Source: an uncultured archaeon
GTDB taxonomy: Archaea > Asgardarchaeota > Lokiarchaeia > Sigyniarchaeales > SOKP01
Reading direction: 5' to 3'
Assembly (NCBI GenBank): GCA_964583985.1
Contig: CAZOYD010000011.1
Coordinates: 13,333-77,332, forward strand
Length of the DNA stretch: 64,000 nucleotides
The notes under the pieces were generated by a model. It had not been told where the DNA came from. It saw only the letters and a program-made list of their open reading frames with translations, and did no database searches. Made by a program: the position numbers and the translations under genes. The stretch's first letter is position 1. Every line of letters starts with the position of its first letter. This document shows, in pieces, positions 19,248-29,593 of this stretch.

Positions 19248-20097
19248 TATAATCATGTTGATCTTGCATAAAAAGGACTTAAGAGAAAAGATATGTTTCA
19301 TTACTGGAGCAGCACATTCAGGTTCCACTCTGTTGGGATTAATTTTAGGAAGTCACAGTAAAACATTCTTTATGGGAGAAGCAAACAAGGTTACTTACTT
19401 TTCAGACCCAAACTTCGAACCTGAAAGAAAATATTGCCGAGTCTGCGGTAAAGAATGCAAAATTTGGAGTAAAATAGATCCAGATAAGGATAATGTATAT
19501 GAACAACTGTTTAATTTAACAAAAAAATCCATTCTAATTGATTCTACAAAGAATTTGGATTGGATTAGTAGACAATTAAAAAACATAAAAAACGTCAGAA
19601 TATCGTCACTTATGATTTTTCTGAAACGTGATTTAAGAGCAGTGATTAACTCAATGGCTCGTAAGTATCCAAATAGGACTCTAGAACGCTTGATTAATGA
19701 TTGGATTAATCAAATTACAGAAACGAAAAAATTTTATAATTCATTCCAAGGAAAGAAAATTGAAATCTTCTATGAGGATCTGACTCTAAATCCAGATAAG
19801 GTGATTCAAGACTTATGTCATTTTTTGGAAATTTCCTATGAACCAGGAATGAAAGAGTTTTACTACAAAGATCATCATGCAATAGGAGGAAATATTGGCA
19901 CTCATTATCTACTCATTAAAGCAAGGAATTCCGAAGATAATTGGATGTTGACCGAAAGAAATGAATACTACTATCGTGATCACCCCTTTTCAATTCAATT
20001 GGATGAGAGATGGAAAACTGAATTGGATCCTCAAGATCAAGAAAAAATAGCTTCAAAAACTAATTCCCTGTTTAAAGAATTCTCGTGGTGCTATTGA
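19219..20097 (+). CDS. Sulfotransferase family protein (true start probably slightly downstream)
   Basis: FITGAAHSGSTLL PAPS loop, GE, CRVCGKEC, IDSTK, RDLRAVINS, YEDL..P..LC.FL. Confidence 0.8.
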   Translation: MRKNSQSFYNIIMLILHKKDLREKICFITGAAHSGSTLLGLILGSHSKTFFMGEANKVTYFSDPNFEPERKYCRVCGKECKIWSKIDPDKDNVYEQLFNLTKKSILIDSTKNLDWISRQLKNIKNVRISSLMIFLKRDLRAVINSMARKYPNRTLERLINDWINQITETKKFYNSFQGKKIEIFYEDLTLNPDKVIQDLCHFLEISYEPGMKEFYYKDHHAIGGNIGTHYLLIKARNSEDNWMLTERNEYYYRDHPFSIQLDERWKTELDPQDQEKIASKTNSLFKEFSWCY

Positions 20098-20148
20098 GAA
20101 TCATTATCACAATGAAATCATAAAATTATAAATATTGCAGATACTTTT

Positions 20149-21330
20149 TTGATAATAATGAACTCAAGAGAACGAATACAAGCAGCCTTAAAATTTACTA
20201 ATCCAGATAAAGTGCCTATTTTTGACATGGTTTCTGGTGATCTCATGCCACTTCCAATTGTTCATTCTAAAAAATGGAAACCAGGCTGGAATGAAGGCGA
20301 AGAAGGATTGTTTCCACACGTGAGAGGGGCATACAATTGGGATAGACCTGATTGGGCAAAGGAAAATCCGGAATGTGAAGGAAATAATTGGAAAAGAATT
20401 AAACATGAAGAGATCGATCAATGGGGATGTATTTGGAATATGAAAGGAAATGATCAAGATATGGGACATCCCGGAAGGCCATCTCTCCCCAATTGGGATG
20501 ATTTTGAGAATTATATTTCAAAATATACGCCTGATGCGACTGAAGAAACCAGGTATGAACCAGCGCTTCAACTCAGAAATATGGTGGAAAATGATAGATA
20601 TTTTACTTTAAACTTGATTAGCCACGGACCATCTCAAGTTGTTGCAGCGATGCGTGGTTTTAATACTTATCTTATAGATCATAAAAAGCACCCAAAAGAA
20701 TTGAAAAGAGCATTACAAGTAGTAGCAGATTATCACGTAGATATAATGCGATATAGCAAAAAGTATGGTTTAAAAGCAGATGGTATTTGGGTTGTGGATG
20801 ATTTAGGTGAACAAAAAGGTCCATTCTTTAGTGCGCGAACTTTCGAAAATTTATACGAGGATTCTTATAGAACAATCATAAATGAAGCTCATGATTTAGA
20901 TTTGGATGTCCATCTTCATTGCTGTGGTAAGATTGATCCATTGTTAGAGCCATTAATAAAATGGGGATTAGACGCAATCGAATTAGATAGCCCACGAATG
21001 AGCGGATATAATGATTTACGACCATATCGCGGAAAGATAATGTTCTGGGGTTGCGTTAACATTCAATCTATTTATACACAAGGAACTCCAGATGAAGTAG
21101 AACGTGAAGTGTGGCACATGATGAGGAATTTGGGTACTAAAAATGGAGGATTTGGTGCTTATTTCTATCCTACTCCACGAGATCTCAATACACCTCGGAA
21201 AAATATAAAGGCTTTTGAAAAAGGATTGCAAAAATATGGAAATTATTCTAAGATTCCAGAATCTTGGTGGGAATATCCTGTATCAGAATCCTGGGATTCC
21301 AATTTCGTCCCTTCTCTCCCTCAAAGTTAA
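20149..21330 (+). CDS. Uroporphyrinogen decarboxylase/MtaA-family protein
   Basis: MNSRERI..A..PDKVP, DQWGCIW, DDLGEQ, HCCG, GTPDEV. Confidence 0.75.
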   Translation: MIIMNSRERIQAALKFTNPDKVPIFDMVSGDLMPLPIVHSKKWKPGWNEGEEGLFPHVRGAYNWDRPDWAKENPECEGNNWKRIKHEEIDQWGCIWNMKGNDQDMGHPGRPSLPNWDDFENYISKYTPDATEETRYEPALQLRNMVENDRYFTLNLISHGPSQVVAAMRGFNTYLIDHKKHPKELKRALQVVADYHVDIMRYSKKYGLKADGIWVVDDLGEQKGPFFSARTFENLYEDSYRTIINEAHDLDLDVHLHCCGKIDPLLEPLIKWGLDAIELDSPRMSGYNDLRPYRGKIMFWGCVNIQSIYTQGTPDEVEREVWHMMRNLGTKNGGFGAYFYPTPRDLNTPRKNIKAFEKGLQKYGNYSKIPESWWEYPVSESWDSNFVPSLPQS

Positions 21331-21510
21331 TAATTTTTCAATATTGTGAGGTTTAAGAATAGATAACTATTTTTTCTAAAAAAAAATCATAATAAAAATG
21401 ATCAAAAAAACACTCGTTTTCTTTTCCTAAAAATTAGGAGATGTATGTCACTAATTTTGTCGGTAGAAAGATTTAAATTCCCATTTATTATAATATGAAC
21501 ATAGGGCATA

Positions 21511-22848
21511 ATGAGAAATAATAAGATCTTAATCATAGTGATTTTTTCAACATTGGGGATAATCTGTTCATCCATTTTGATGGTATTGTTAAATAATTTT
21601 AATTCCTCTTGGAATTATTTTCTCACTGATGATCCAAACGAACAATATTCCACTTGTGCGATGTCTGAAAATGGTAAGTTCGTGGTGGTTGGTAGTGGTA
21701 ATAACTTCCTATATTTATTCAAAGATGACATGCAAATGTCTTTATGGAGTTATAAAATGAAGGATGATGTTGTAAGCGTGGATATTTCTGCAGATGGAAA
21801 TTATATCGTTGCTTGTGATGCTGTAGGAAATGTGCTCGTGTTTACAAGACAATATCCTGTTCCGATTTGGAGCTATAAAGGATTTCAACATTCCGTAGCA
21901 AAAATATCTGCAAATGGTAAATACGTTGCCTTCTTAAATCGAGGTAACCTATATTTATATAGTAGGGAAGAAGATCTAATTCTCTGGTCATACAATTTTA
22001 ATGGAATGGATTTATGCATAGATATTTCTGCTGATGGTAATGAAATTGTTACTTGTATTGATGGAATTTTATATTATTTTGAAAAATCTAGTTTTTCTCC
22101 ACAATGGCAATATAAAATTGGAAATGTAATGAATGATTTGGTCATATCCCCTTCTGGAGAACTTATTGCATTAGGAGGACAAAACAATCGTGTTGATTTG
22201 TTCTCCAATACAGATCCAGTACCCATTAAGAAATATAACACTGGCTTTAATGTCCATTCAATTTCAATTTCAGAAGAAAAATCAAGCATTGCAGTTGTAT
22301 GCGCGGGGGGATGCTATTTATATAATACAAATTATGATACTTGTTTATGGAGTTATTCAATGGAACCTGATTCTTCCGAAGTAGCGCTATCTTCAGATGG
22401 TAACTTCATAGTGGGAGGAGATATGAACTATGATAAGGAACGATATTTTATTCATTGCTTAAATAAATACCAAAATGTTCCACTCTGGTCAATCAGAGTA
22501 CAAGGAACTATAAACAAGCTTGCAATCTCTAATGATGGTGAATCCATAGGAGTTGTCACTCAAAAATATTTTTATTTTATCGATCGTTCAAATCCAATAA
22601 TTTATGATTGGTATTCATTTTTGCTTTATTTGAATTATGTGAGTCTTATTCTTTCAGTGGGATTTACAGTCGTCTCGGGATTATTGTACACGTATAATAT
22701 ATTAATACCTAAAAAATTAATTAAAGATATTGGGATGGATCGAAAAGAAGAATTTCAAATTACTATGAAATATTGTCCTAATTGTATGTTATCCTCAAGA
22801 CAGAAAGAGCAAATTTATTGTGAATTTTGTGGTTCTAAACTTATATAA
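21511..22848 (+). CDS. Membrane-anchored WD40/PQQ-like beta-propeller with C-terminal TM and zinc ribbon
   Basis: N-terminal TM, repeated ISADGxxI...W units, TM, CPNC...CEFCG. Confidence 0.78.
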   Translation: MRNNKILIIVIFSTLGIICSSILMVLLNNFNSSWNYFLTDDPNEQYSTCAMSENGKFVVVGSGNNFLYLFKDDMQMSLWSYKMKDDVVSVDISADGNYIVACDAVGNVLVFTRQYPVPIWSYKGFQHSVAKISANGKYVAFLNRGNLYLYSREEDLILWSYNFNGMDLCIDISADGNEIVTCIDGILYYFEKSSFSPQWQYKIGNVMNDLVISPSGELIALGGQNNRVDLFSNTDPVPIKKYNTGFNVHSISISEEKSSIAVVCAGGCYLYNTNYDTCLWSYSMEPDSSEVALSSDGNFIVGGDMNYDKERYFIHCLNKYQNVPLWSIRVQGTINKLAISNDGESIGVVTQKYFYFIDRSNPIIYDWYSFLLYLNYVSLILSVGFTVVSGLLYTYNILIPKKLIKDIGMDRKEEFQITMKYCPNCMLSSRQKEQIYCEFCGSKLI

Positions 22849-22912
22849 GTATTTTTTTTCTTTAGAACTTGATTTATTATTAATTTTAAATACTTCTAAG
22901 ATAATAAGAAGT

Positions 22913-25615
22913 TCAAAAAGATACTTTCCAAGATATGGGTTCAAGAGAATCTTTTCGTCCTTTAAATATTATTGCATTGGCTTCAATTAAAGTGGCTTTA
23001 ATTTTTTTTCCATTTACCTCAATTTTATTAATTGCTTCAATTTCATCTCTGGGGAGTATTAATTTAATTTGATATTCGCCTTCTTTTTTTGGAGAGTAGC
23101 TCCCTTGATAGCAATTCAATGTCCTTTCAAAACTAATAACCGGCGACTTAATTTGGTATTCCTTTTTAGGAAACTTAGGATTCAATTCTATGCCATTTTT
23201 TGTAAATCTCAACCCTATTAGATGAAAAATGTTATATAAAGACCATGCGTGAGGATGGAGATTTAAAACGGGGAAATCTGTCCAATTAATTCCCATTGAA
23301 AGTAATCCTTCTTGTTTGTCCTTTGGATTTTTAGTCAAATAAAATTTATCAAATAAAGTTTGCCCAGGATATTCTGAATATGACGAATTCCACGTATCTG
23401 GTCCACTCCAAATGCCATACCATATATCAGGGTATATGGATGATTTAAGAGCAAAAGTGTTTTTCTTCCATTCATCATAAGCTAAATTACCAGAGAATTT
23501 ACTTAAAGCCCATATTAAAGTACCATTGATTGATGGCCAGATTCCTGCATTAGTGGCGACTCCAGCCGTTTCTACTTGATTGTCTATTGTCTTACTAAGT
23601 ATTATTGCTCCAATTGGGGAGGGTTTTCTATTTAACTCATTTATGTTCTTGATTAAAGTTTCTGCTTGAGGTAAATCCAATATTTCACTAATAAGTGCCC
23701 AAGGTTGTGGTTCCAACCATAACATGTCATTACCAACCCATCCCAGTTCCTCAGAGAGCCAGGCTCGTTTGAACCATTTTCCGTTCCAGTGATCTTTTAA
23801 TGGTTTGATTAATGAAACCATAAATTCTCTAATTTCGTCTGATTTTTCTATCATTCCAATAAAGGATAGCATTTCAGAAAACTGAGAAAGAACATATATA
23901 GCCATTGCAGTGTTCAATATACTTTCTCCAACTTTTTTAACTTCGTCTTGTTTATTCTCTGGAACAAAACCAGTTATTACCAAATCATTCCAATCACAGC
24001 TAGTAACCCTTAATAGACCGTGCTTTCCTTTTCCAATCACTTTAACAAAATAATCATAAGTTAGAAATAGTACATCCTTTATTGTTTTTTTTTGTACTTT
24101 TCGACCATAAACGGGATACATTGAAATTTCTTCATTTATAAAATCGGAATCCCTTGTTAGGAGGATATAATCACTAATTAGCCAAATCAACCACAATTGT
24201 AAATCACTTGGATCCCATAAGGAGGGCATTATCATTCCGTTTCCAGTGATCCCATAGGGGATTTTTCCATCTTCTTGTATTTCTTTCAAGGTATACCTTA
24301 TAATTTCTTTAACAATACGAGGCTCTATGAAGAGAAATGGCAATGCATGTTGTAATGGATCTCGAGCAGCACCTTGAAACCCAATAATGTATTGATACAC
24401 GTGACCTTGAGACAGTATATGCTCGTTAAAGTAATCATCGTAAGTTAAGGCTCCTCTCAAGTAATAATAATTCCAAAAAAGCTCTCTGTCAATCCATAAG
24501 TCCTCATTCATATCGAGTTTGATCCGGTTTTCTTTCCATTTATTGCAGGATAAATTGAAGAGATTTGGTAGATTATCTTGATATTTTTCGATTAAATCAT
24601 TTAATTCAAATCCCTCGGGGACGTATCCATATGCAAAATAAATTATTTTTGAAGTCTTAGGTGGAATTTTCACCTTACGTTCTATAATTAAACAAGAGTT
24701 AAAATCACTAATTTCTTCATTAAATGCTCCGTTAAAATTAAGACCATCTGGGTTTTGATTACCTCCTTTTCCAAAGAATAAGGACCCATCATTTTGTACC
24801 GCTGTTGCCTTATCGTCTAAAGAAACCAAGAAAATTGGAGGGGGATTTTTGTCTTCAAATGAAGCTTTTTTTCTTTGGATTGGTATCCCTTTAATTCTTT
24901 CCTCAAAATTTAATTGTTCCTCCAATTTTGATGATTTTTCGTCATATTTTAGATTAACCAATCCACGACCGTTATCTAAAACTATAGATTTATTTTTATA
25001 ACTTTTTTCTAATTTTATCCGGTAATTTTTGAGTGGGTCAACTTTCTTCTCTTTAATTGCATCTAAAACTGCTTGGAATGAAAACTGAAAATTAAAGCAG
25101 CCCCAATATTCAATCCATTTTAAATCTATAGTTTGAAGTATATTATTGTAAATTTCTATTTGAGAAATTAAAACGGGATCATCTCCAAATGGTGCAAAAA
25201 TAGTTTGATTTACTTTATAGTTTTGGTTAGAAACTCGCTTGGAAATATAACCGATACCAAATACTCGTTCAAAATTCGAGTTTTGACCATTATAATAAGT
25301 AGAAATCGAGCTCTTCCCATCAGTGAGGTAGCCAAATCCACCTGCGTATTGATTAAGCCCTGGGTCGTGGTAATTCAAATATTTTGGAGCCCCCTCATCT
25401 TGTCTTACCATAACATATCCATAATTAGAAGCTAATCCAACAATCCTGTCATTTCCTACTAGAAAAATATGATCGGTAGGATCTCGCCACATATCGTTCA
25501 TGGGAGTAATTGCTTTAGGATCTTTGATTTGATTGCAAGTATATTTATATGCAGGCAATCCATTTTCATCTTCAATCCATTTTCCAAAATAACCATTTCC
25601 AAATTCAGATTTCAT
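22913..25615 (-). CDS. GH94-like glycoside phosphorylase/hydrolase
   Basis: GAARDPLQH, DWND catalytic motif followed by GES, W.G.WF.RA, EPQPWA, NAGIW. Confidence 0.7.
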   Translation of the reverse strand: MKSEFGNGYFGKWIEDENGLPAYKYTCNQIKDPKAITPMNDMWRDPTDHIFLVGNDRIVGLASNYGYVMVRQDEGAPKYLNYHDPGLNQYAGGFGYLTDGKSSISTYYNGQNSNFERVFGIGYISKRVSNQNYKVNQTIFAPFGDDPVLISQIEIYNNILQTIDLKWIEYWGCFNFQFSFQAVLDAIKEKKVDPLKNYRIKLEKSYKNKSIVLDNGRGLVNLKYDEKSSKLEEQLNFEERIKGIPIQRKKASFEDKNPPPIFLVSLDDKATAVQNDGSLFFGKGGNQNPDGLNFNGAFNEEISDFNSCLIIERKVKIPPKTSKIIYFAYGYVPEGFELNDLIEKYQDNLPNLFNLSCNKWKENRIKLDMNEDLWIDRELFWNYYYLRGALTYDDYFNEHILSQGHVYQYIIGFQGAARDPLQHALPFLFIEPRIVKEIIRYTLKEIQEDGKIPYGITGNGMIMPSLWDPSDLQLWLIWLISDYILLTRDSDFINEEISMYPVYGRKVQKKTIKDVLFLTYDYFVKVIGKGKHGLLRVTSCDWNDLVITGFVPENKQDEVKKVGESILNTAMAIYVLSQFSEMLSFIGMIEKSDEIREFMVSLIKPLKDHWNGKWFKRAWLSEELGWVGNDMLWLEPQPWALISEILDLPQAETLIKNINELNRKPSPIGAIILSKTIDNQVETAGVATNAGIWPSINGTLIWALSKFSGNLAYDEWKKNTFALKSSIYPDIWYGIWSGPDTWNSSYSEYPGQTLFDKFYLTKNPKDKQEGLLSMGINWTDFPVLNLHPHAWSLYNIFHLIGLRFTKNGIELNPKFPKKEYQIKSPVISFERTLNCYQGSYSPKKEGEYQIKLILPRDEIEAINKIEVNGKKIKATLIEANAIIFKGRKDSLEPISWKVSF

Positions 25616-25669
25616 CTAATAATTACCTTACTTTCACAATTTAAATTTAGAATTCAATTAATATAAAAT

Positions 25670-26371
25670 TTATAAGAGAGGTAATAAATCCTTTAATTCC
25701 CCTTGATATGTTGGTGTTGGAGTAGTGGACTCTAAATTTGTATTATTACTTGGAACCAAGAATGTCTCGCATCCAAATTTACTTGCCACCATGTCTTTAT
25801 TTTCATCTCCTACCATCAAGCATTCACTTGGTTTAACACCTAACATGTTAAAGATCTGGGTAAAGTAAATCTTATTTGGTTTATTAGCTCGCATATTTTC
25901 AATGGTAGTTATAAATTTGTAATTGAAATCACCTACACCTGCCCAGTCAAGCCTTTGTTGGATTGCGGTTAGGGGAATCACTGGTGTTGTAGCAATTACC
26001 ACATCATACCCGCTCTCAAAAGCTTTGGAAACTACTGATCGAGCATCTTGTTTAATTTTTGTATAGATTTTTAATTTAATAAATTCAGTATTATAAAAAT
26101 CATCAAAAAGGTAATCTACTTCTTCTCTTGAATGACCATTGAGAGGAAAAAAAATATGCTCAAAAATTTCCTCATTTGTCATCTTGCCATCATTTTGATC
26201 AATTTGATTTGAAGCTTCTAGTAATAATGATATAAATTTACTTGGACGAATAAGGTGCTTGAATTTTTCTGAAAGAAGTTCCATATAGCTAGGAATAAAT
26301 CCTTTTAAATCAACATCAATAAGCGTTCCATCAAGATCAAACAAAATAGCTTTAATTTTTTTTAGAGTCAT
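25670..26371 (-). CDS. HAD-superfamily phosphatase/phosphomutase
   Basis: FDLDGTL, KP, MVGD..KD; start moved to ATG 26371. Confidence 0.85.
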   Translation of the reverse strand: MTLKKIKAILFDLDGTLIDVDLKGFIPSYMELLSEKFKHLIRPSKFISLLLEASNQIDQNDGKMTNEEIFEHIFFPLNGHSREEVDYLFDDFYNTEFIKLKIYTKIKQDARSVVSKAFESGYDVVIATTPVIPLTAIQQRLDWAGVGDFNYKFITTIENMRANKPNKIYFTQIFNMLGVKPSECLMVGDENKDMVASKFGCETFLVPSNNTNLESTTPTPTYQGELKDLLPLL

Positions 26372-26425
26372 ATATTTTATCCTTTTAATTATTTTATAAC
26401 ATAACTTCAATAAGAGAATATATTT

Positions 26426-27949
26426 TTAGATTTCCTTCAATAACTTCAAGATAGCTTTTCGTGTTCCTGCAACCACTCCTGCTACGCCACCACCAGATTC
26501 ACTCTGTGCTCCAATATACCATAAACTTTGAATGGGGGTAAGATGCTGGGGATTTTGCTGATTCATAATTGGGGCTAATCCTCCAAAACTATGTCGTTCA
26601 ACGAATATGCGAGCTTTAAAGTCTAATGGAGTCATGATCACCTTTGTTTTAGCGTGTTCCCGAAGACCGGGAATTATTTTTTCAGCTTCTACGAGTAGTT
26701 TATCTGCAAGTTCTTCTCTGCGCGAAGCCCAATCGCCCTTGTAGAGCTCAAAAGGTGCAATGGTATAAATAGTTATCGCATGATGATCTTGCGGAGCCAT
26801 TGTGGGAGAATGCAATGAAGGAATATATATTAAAAAACCTTCTCTTCCCTCATGATAATCACCTGACCTACACCGATTGACTGCTCCTTCGATATCATAA
26901 GTCCCATAGTAATAGCATAAAGCTGCGCGTTGGTAAGGAGTTGGATCAAAATCAATACCTAAATGGACCATCAATACAGATTCCATGTGAACTAAATTAT
27001 CAACTCTTTCTACAAATTCGGAAGGTAAATTTTCCTTCCCAACTAAATTAAAAAAAGTCTTGTGAGCTCCACCACTAGCAATTACTATATCAGCTAATAA
27101 TTCTTCTCCATTTTTAAGTTTAATTCCAATAGCTTTATTACGTTCTATTAAAATTTTTTCAACTAAGCTATTTGTATGAATTTCTCCACCACATTCTTTA
27201 ACATAATTCGCAAAAGCACTTACTAATTGCTCGCAACCATTTTGGATGTAATGATATACAGGTAACTTTCCACCCTTAATTTCAAGTGGTATGCGCTTGT
27301 CAAACGCCGTTTCAACATTTGAAACAGGTACTCCTAGTCCTGGAAACTCACTTGGTTTTACCACAAAATCTGCAAGGATTCCCATAAAAACTGCTTTTAA
27401 TTTTGGATCCCTAAAAAAAGAATCCATTATTTCAGAAGCACTCTTATCAATATATTTCTTTATTTTCATAAATTTTGGGAAGATCTTTATTTTCAACCAA
27501 ATGGATTTTAAACCTGTTGTCCATTCTAACTGATTGCTAATAGCCATAAGTGTCATTACTTGATCATAGTAGCGATAATATCTATCTAATCCTTCACTTT
27601 CAGATGGAAATAGTTCTTTGAAGTATTCTCTTCGCCAGTACTTCCCTTTATACTCTTTTGGTTTCCATATCGCAAAATCTGGAAGTACTTGACCTCGATC
27701 TTCATTGATGATGCTTACTCCGTCAGAGATTCCTAATTCAGATAAAATTTTTCCCACTTTTTCGTGAGGTGCTAATCCTTCCAATAAGAGAGGTCCAATA
27801 TCCCATGAATATCCATCTTTATGAATTGTAGCAGTAACCCCTCCAATTTCTGAATACTGTTCATATATTATTACATCATGACCTTCTCGACACATATAGG
27901 AAGCGGCAGTCAGACCAGCTAAGCCGGAACCAATAACAATTACTTTCAT
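26426..27949 (-). CDS. Phytoene desaturase/RetSat-like FAD oxidoreductase (paralog A)
   Basis: VIGSGLAGL, E..IGG, TPLDF, TPIQSLWYIGA..GGGVAGV. Confidence 0.8.
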   Translation of the reverse strand: MKVIVIGSGLAGLTAASYMCREGHDVIIYEQYSEIGGVTATIHKDGYSWDIGPLLLEGLAPHEKVGKILSELGISDGVSIINEDRGQVLPDFAIWKPKEYKGKYWRREYFKELFPSESEGLDRYYRYYDQVMTLMAISNQLEWTTGLKSIWLKIKIFPKFMKIKKYIDKSASEIMDSFFRDPKLKAVFMGILADFVVKPSEFPGLGVPVSNVETAFDKRIPLEIKGGKLPVYHYIQNGCEQLVSAFANYVKECGGEIHTNSLVEKILIERNKAIGIKLKNGEELLADIVIASGGAHKTFFNLVGKENLPSEFVERVDNLVHMESVLMVHLGIDFDPTPYQRAALCYYYGTYDIEGAVNRCRSGDYHEGREGFLIYIPSLHSPTMAPQDHHAITIYTIAPFELYKGDWASRREELADKLLVEAEKIIPGLREHAKTKVIMTPLDFKARIFVERHSFGGLAPIMNQQNPQHLTPIQSLWYIGAQSESGGGVAGVVAGTRKAILKLLKEI

Positions 27950-28017
27950 AATTATTAGAATAAAAAAATTTTAAGATTCAAAAAGTTTAATGGAATTAAA
28001 ATATTTTTAAAATCGAT

Positions 28018-29568
28018 ATGAAAATTGTCATAATAGGATCAGGAATAGCGGGGCTTACATCTGCAGCGCTTCTTGTAAAAGAAGGACATTCTGTAACCGT
28101 ATATGAACAACATGAGAAAATTGGTGGAGTAACCGCAACGATTGAGAAAGAGGGTTACAAATGGGATTGGGGACAAATGTTAATTCCGGATATGGAAAAG
28201 GGTGAACCTGGAAGAGATATTCTTGAGAAATTAGGTATTTCTGAAAAAGTGAAAACTTTCAAATCCTATAGAGAAAACTACTTCCCTGACTTCAGGATAA
28301 GCAAACCAAAAGAGTTCCAAGGGATCTATTGGAGAAAAGAATATTTAAAAAATTTTTTTCCCGAGGATGCTAAAGGGTTGGATAAGTATTTCAAAATTTA
28401 TGAAAGAATTCACGATGTAAGTGCACTTTTTAATAAAAAAGGTTTTCTTTCTAAACTCAAATTATTTTTAACTTTCCTGCCAATCATGAGAAAAAAAGGA
28501 TGGAGCGCTCAGAAATTAATGGATTATTGTTTTACAAATAAAAAACTCCAAGCAGTATTCATTGCTATTTTAGCTGATTACGTAGCATCTCCTGAAGTAT
28601 TTCCGGGTTTAATTGTGCCAACGATTAATGCAGAATCGCAATATGATGATCGGATACCCTTAGATTACGGAGGACACCAACATAGACAATCCTGGAGTTA
28701 TATAGAAAATGGTATGGAAAGCCTTGTCAATGCGCTCGCTGGATATATCAAAGATAATGGTGGAAAAATCCTTACTAACATTAGCATAGAAAAAATCAAT
28801 TTAAAAGAGGAAAGAGTTAAAAGCGTGCTCTTATCTAATAGAGAAGAAGTTGAAGTTGAACTCGTCATTGCAAGTGGGGGCGCAAAGGAATTATATTTAG
28901 ATCTCGTAGGACGTGAGCACCTTTCAAAAGAATTTATAGAGACTTTTCTAGATCCTCTTTTCATAACTGAATCAGTATTCATGGTACATCTAGGAGTAAA
29001 TTATGATCCCTCTATTTATCAAAATAACGCAGCATTATGTTATTATTATTTCACCTATGATATTAATGGAAGTATAAAAGAATGTCAAAAGGGAATTTAT
29101 CACGAAGGAAATGATGGTCTTTTAATATATATCCCTTCATTGCACTCTCCTGAAATGGCTCCACCAGGGCATCACGCTGTAACTATTTACACCATTGCTC
29201 CTAATAATCCTATCAATGGTAGTTGGAAAGAAAATAAGGAAGATTGGGCTGAAAAACTCTTGGATTTAGCAGAAAAATTTATTCCTGGTCTTCGGGAACA
29301 TTCTCAGACAAAAATAATTCTTACTCCAGAAGACTTTAAAAAACGAACATATCTAAAACATCACGCTTTTGGAGGAACTGTTCCGCATCTTAATGTTCCA
29401 CCTCCTCAACACAAGACCCCGATAAAAGGTCTTTGGTTTGTCGGAGCTCAGAGTGAAAACTTTGGTGGGGTTGTGACGGGAATGGTAGGAGCAGAAAATG
29501 CCGTAAAAATGGTATTAAAAGAAGGAGAAACAACAACTAAACAAACTTTTAAGAGTCTTTCAAAATAA
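28018..29568 (+). CDS. Phytoene desaturase/RetSat-like FAD oxidoreductase (paralog B)
   Basis: IIGSGIAGL, TPEDF, TPIKGLWFVGAQSE; shares long blocks with paralog A (e.g. AALCYYY, IYIPSLHSP). Confidence 0.8.
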   Translation: MKIVIIGSGIAGLTSAALLVKEGHSVTVYEQHEKIGGVTATIEKEGYKWDWGQMLIPDMEKGEPGRDILEKLGISEKVKTFKSYRENYFPDFRISKPKEFQGIYWRKEYLKNFFPEDAKGLDKYFKIYERIHDVSALFNKKGFLSKLKLFLTFLPIMRKKGWSAQKLMDYCFTNKKLQAVFIAILADYVASPEVFPGLIVPTINAESQYDDRIPLDYGGHQHRQSWSYIENGMESLVNALAGYIKDNGGKILTNISIEKINLKEERVKSVLLSNREEVEVELVIASGGAKELYLDLVGREHLSKEFIETFLDPLFITESVFMVHLGVNYDPSIYQNNAALCYYYFTYDINGSIKECQKGIYHEGNDGLLIYIPSLHSPEMAPPGHHAVTIYTIAPNNPINGSWKENKEDWAEKLLDLAEKFIPGLREHSQTKIILTPEDFKKRTYLKHHAFGGTVPHLNVPPPQHKTPIKGLWFVGAQSENFGGVVTGMVGAENAVKMVLKEGETTTKQTFKSLSK

Positions 29569-29593
29569 AGTTTCTTATTGAAAGAGGTAATTT

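Noticed and set aside
20095-20148. UGA read-through of the sulfotransferase ending WCY-TGA
   Set aside because: The domain is already complete and the downstream frame shows no recognisable protein.
26426-29568. Carotenoid biosynthesis cluster
   Set aside because: No crtB, crtE or cyclase nearby; family membership alone does not give the substrate.
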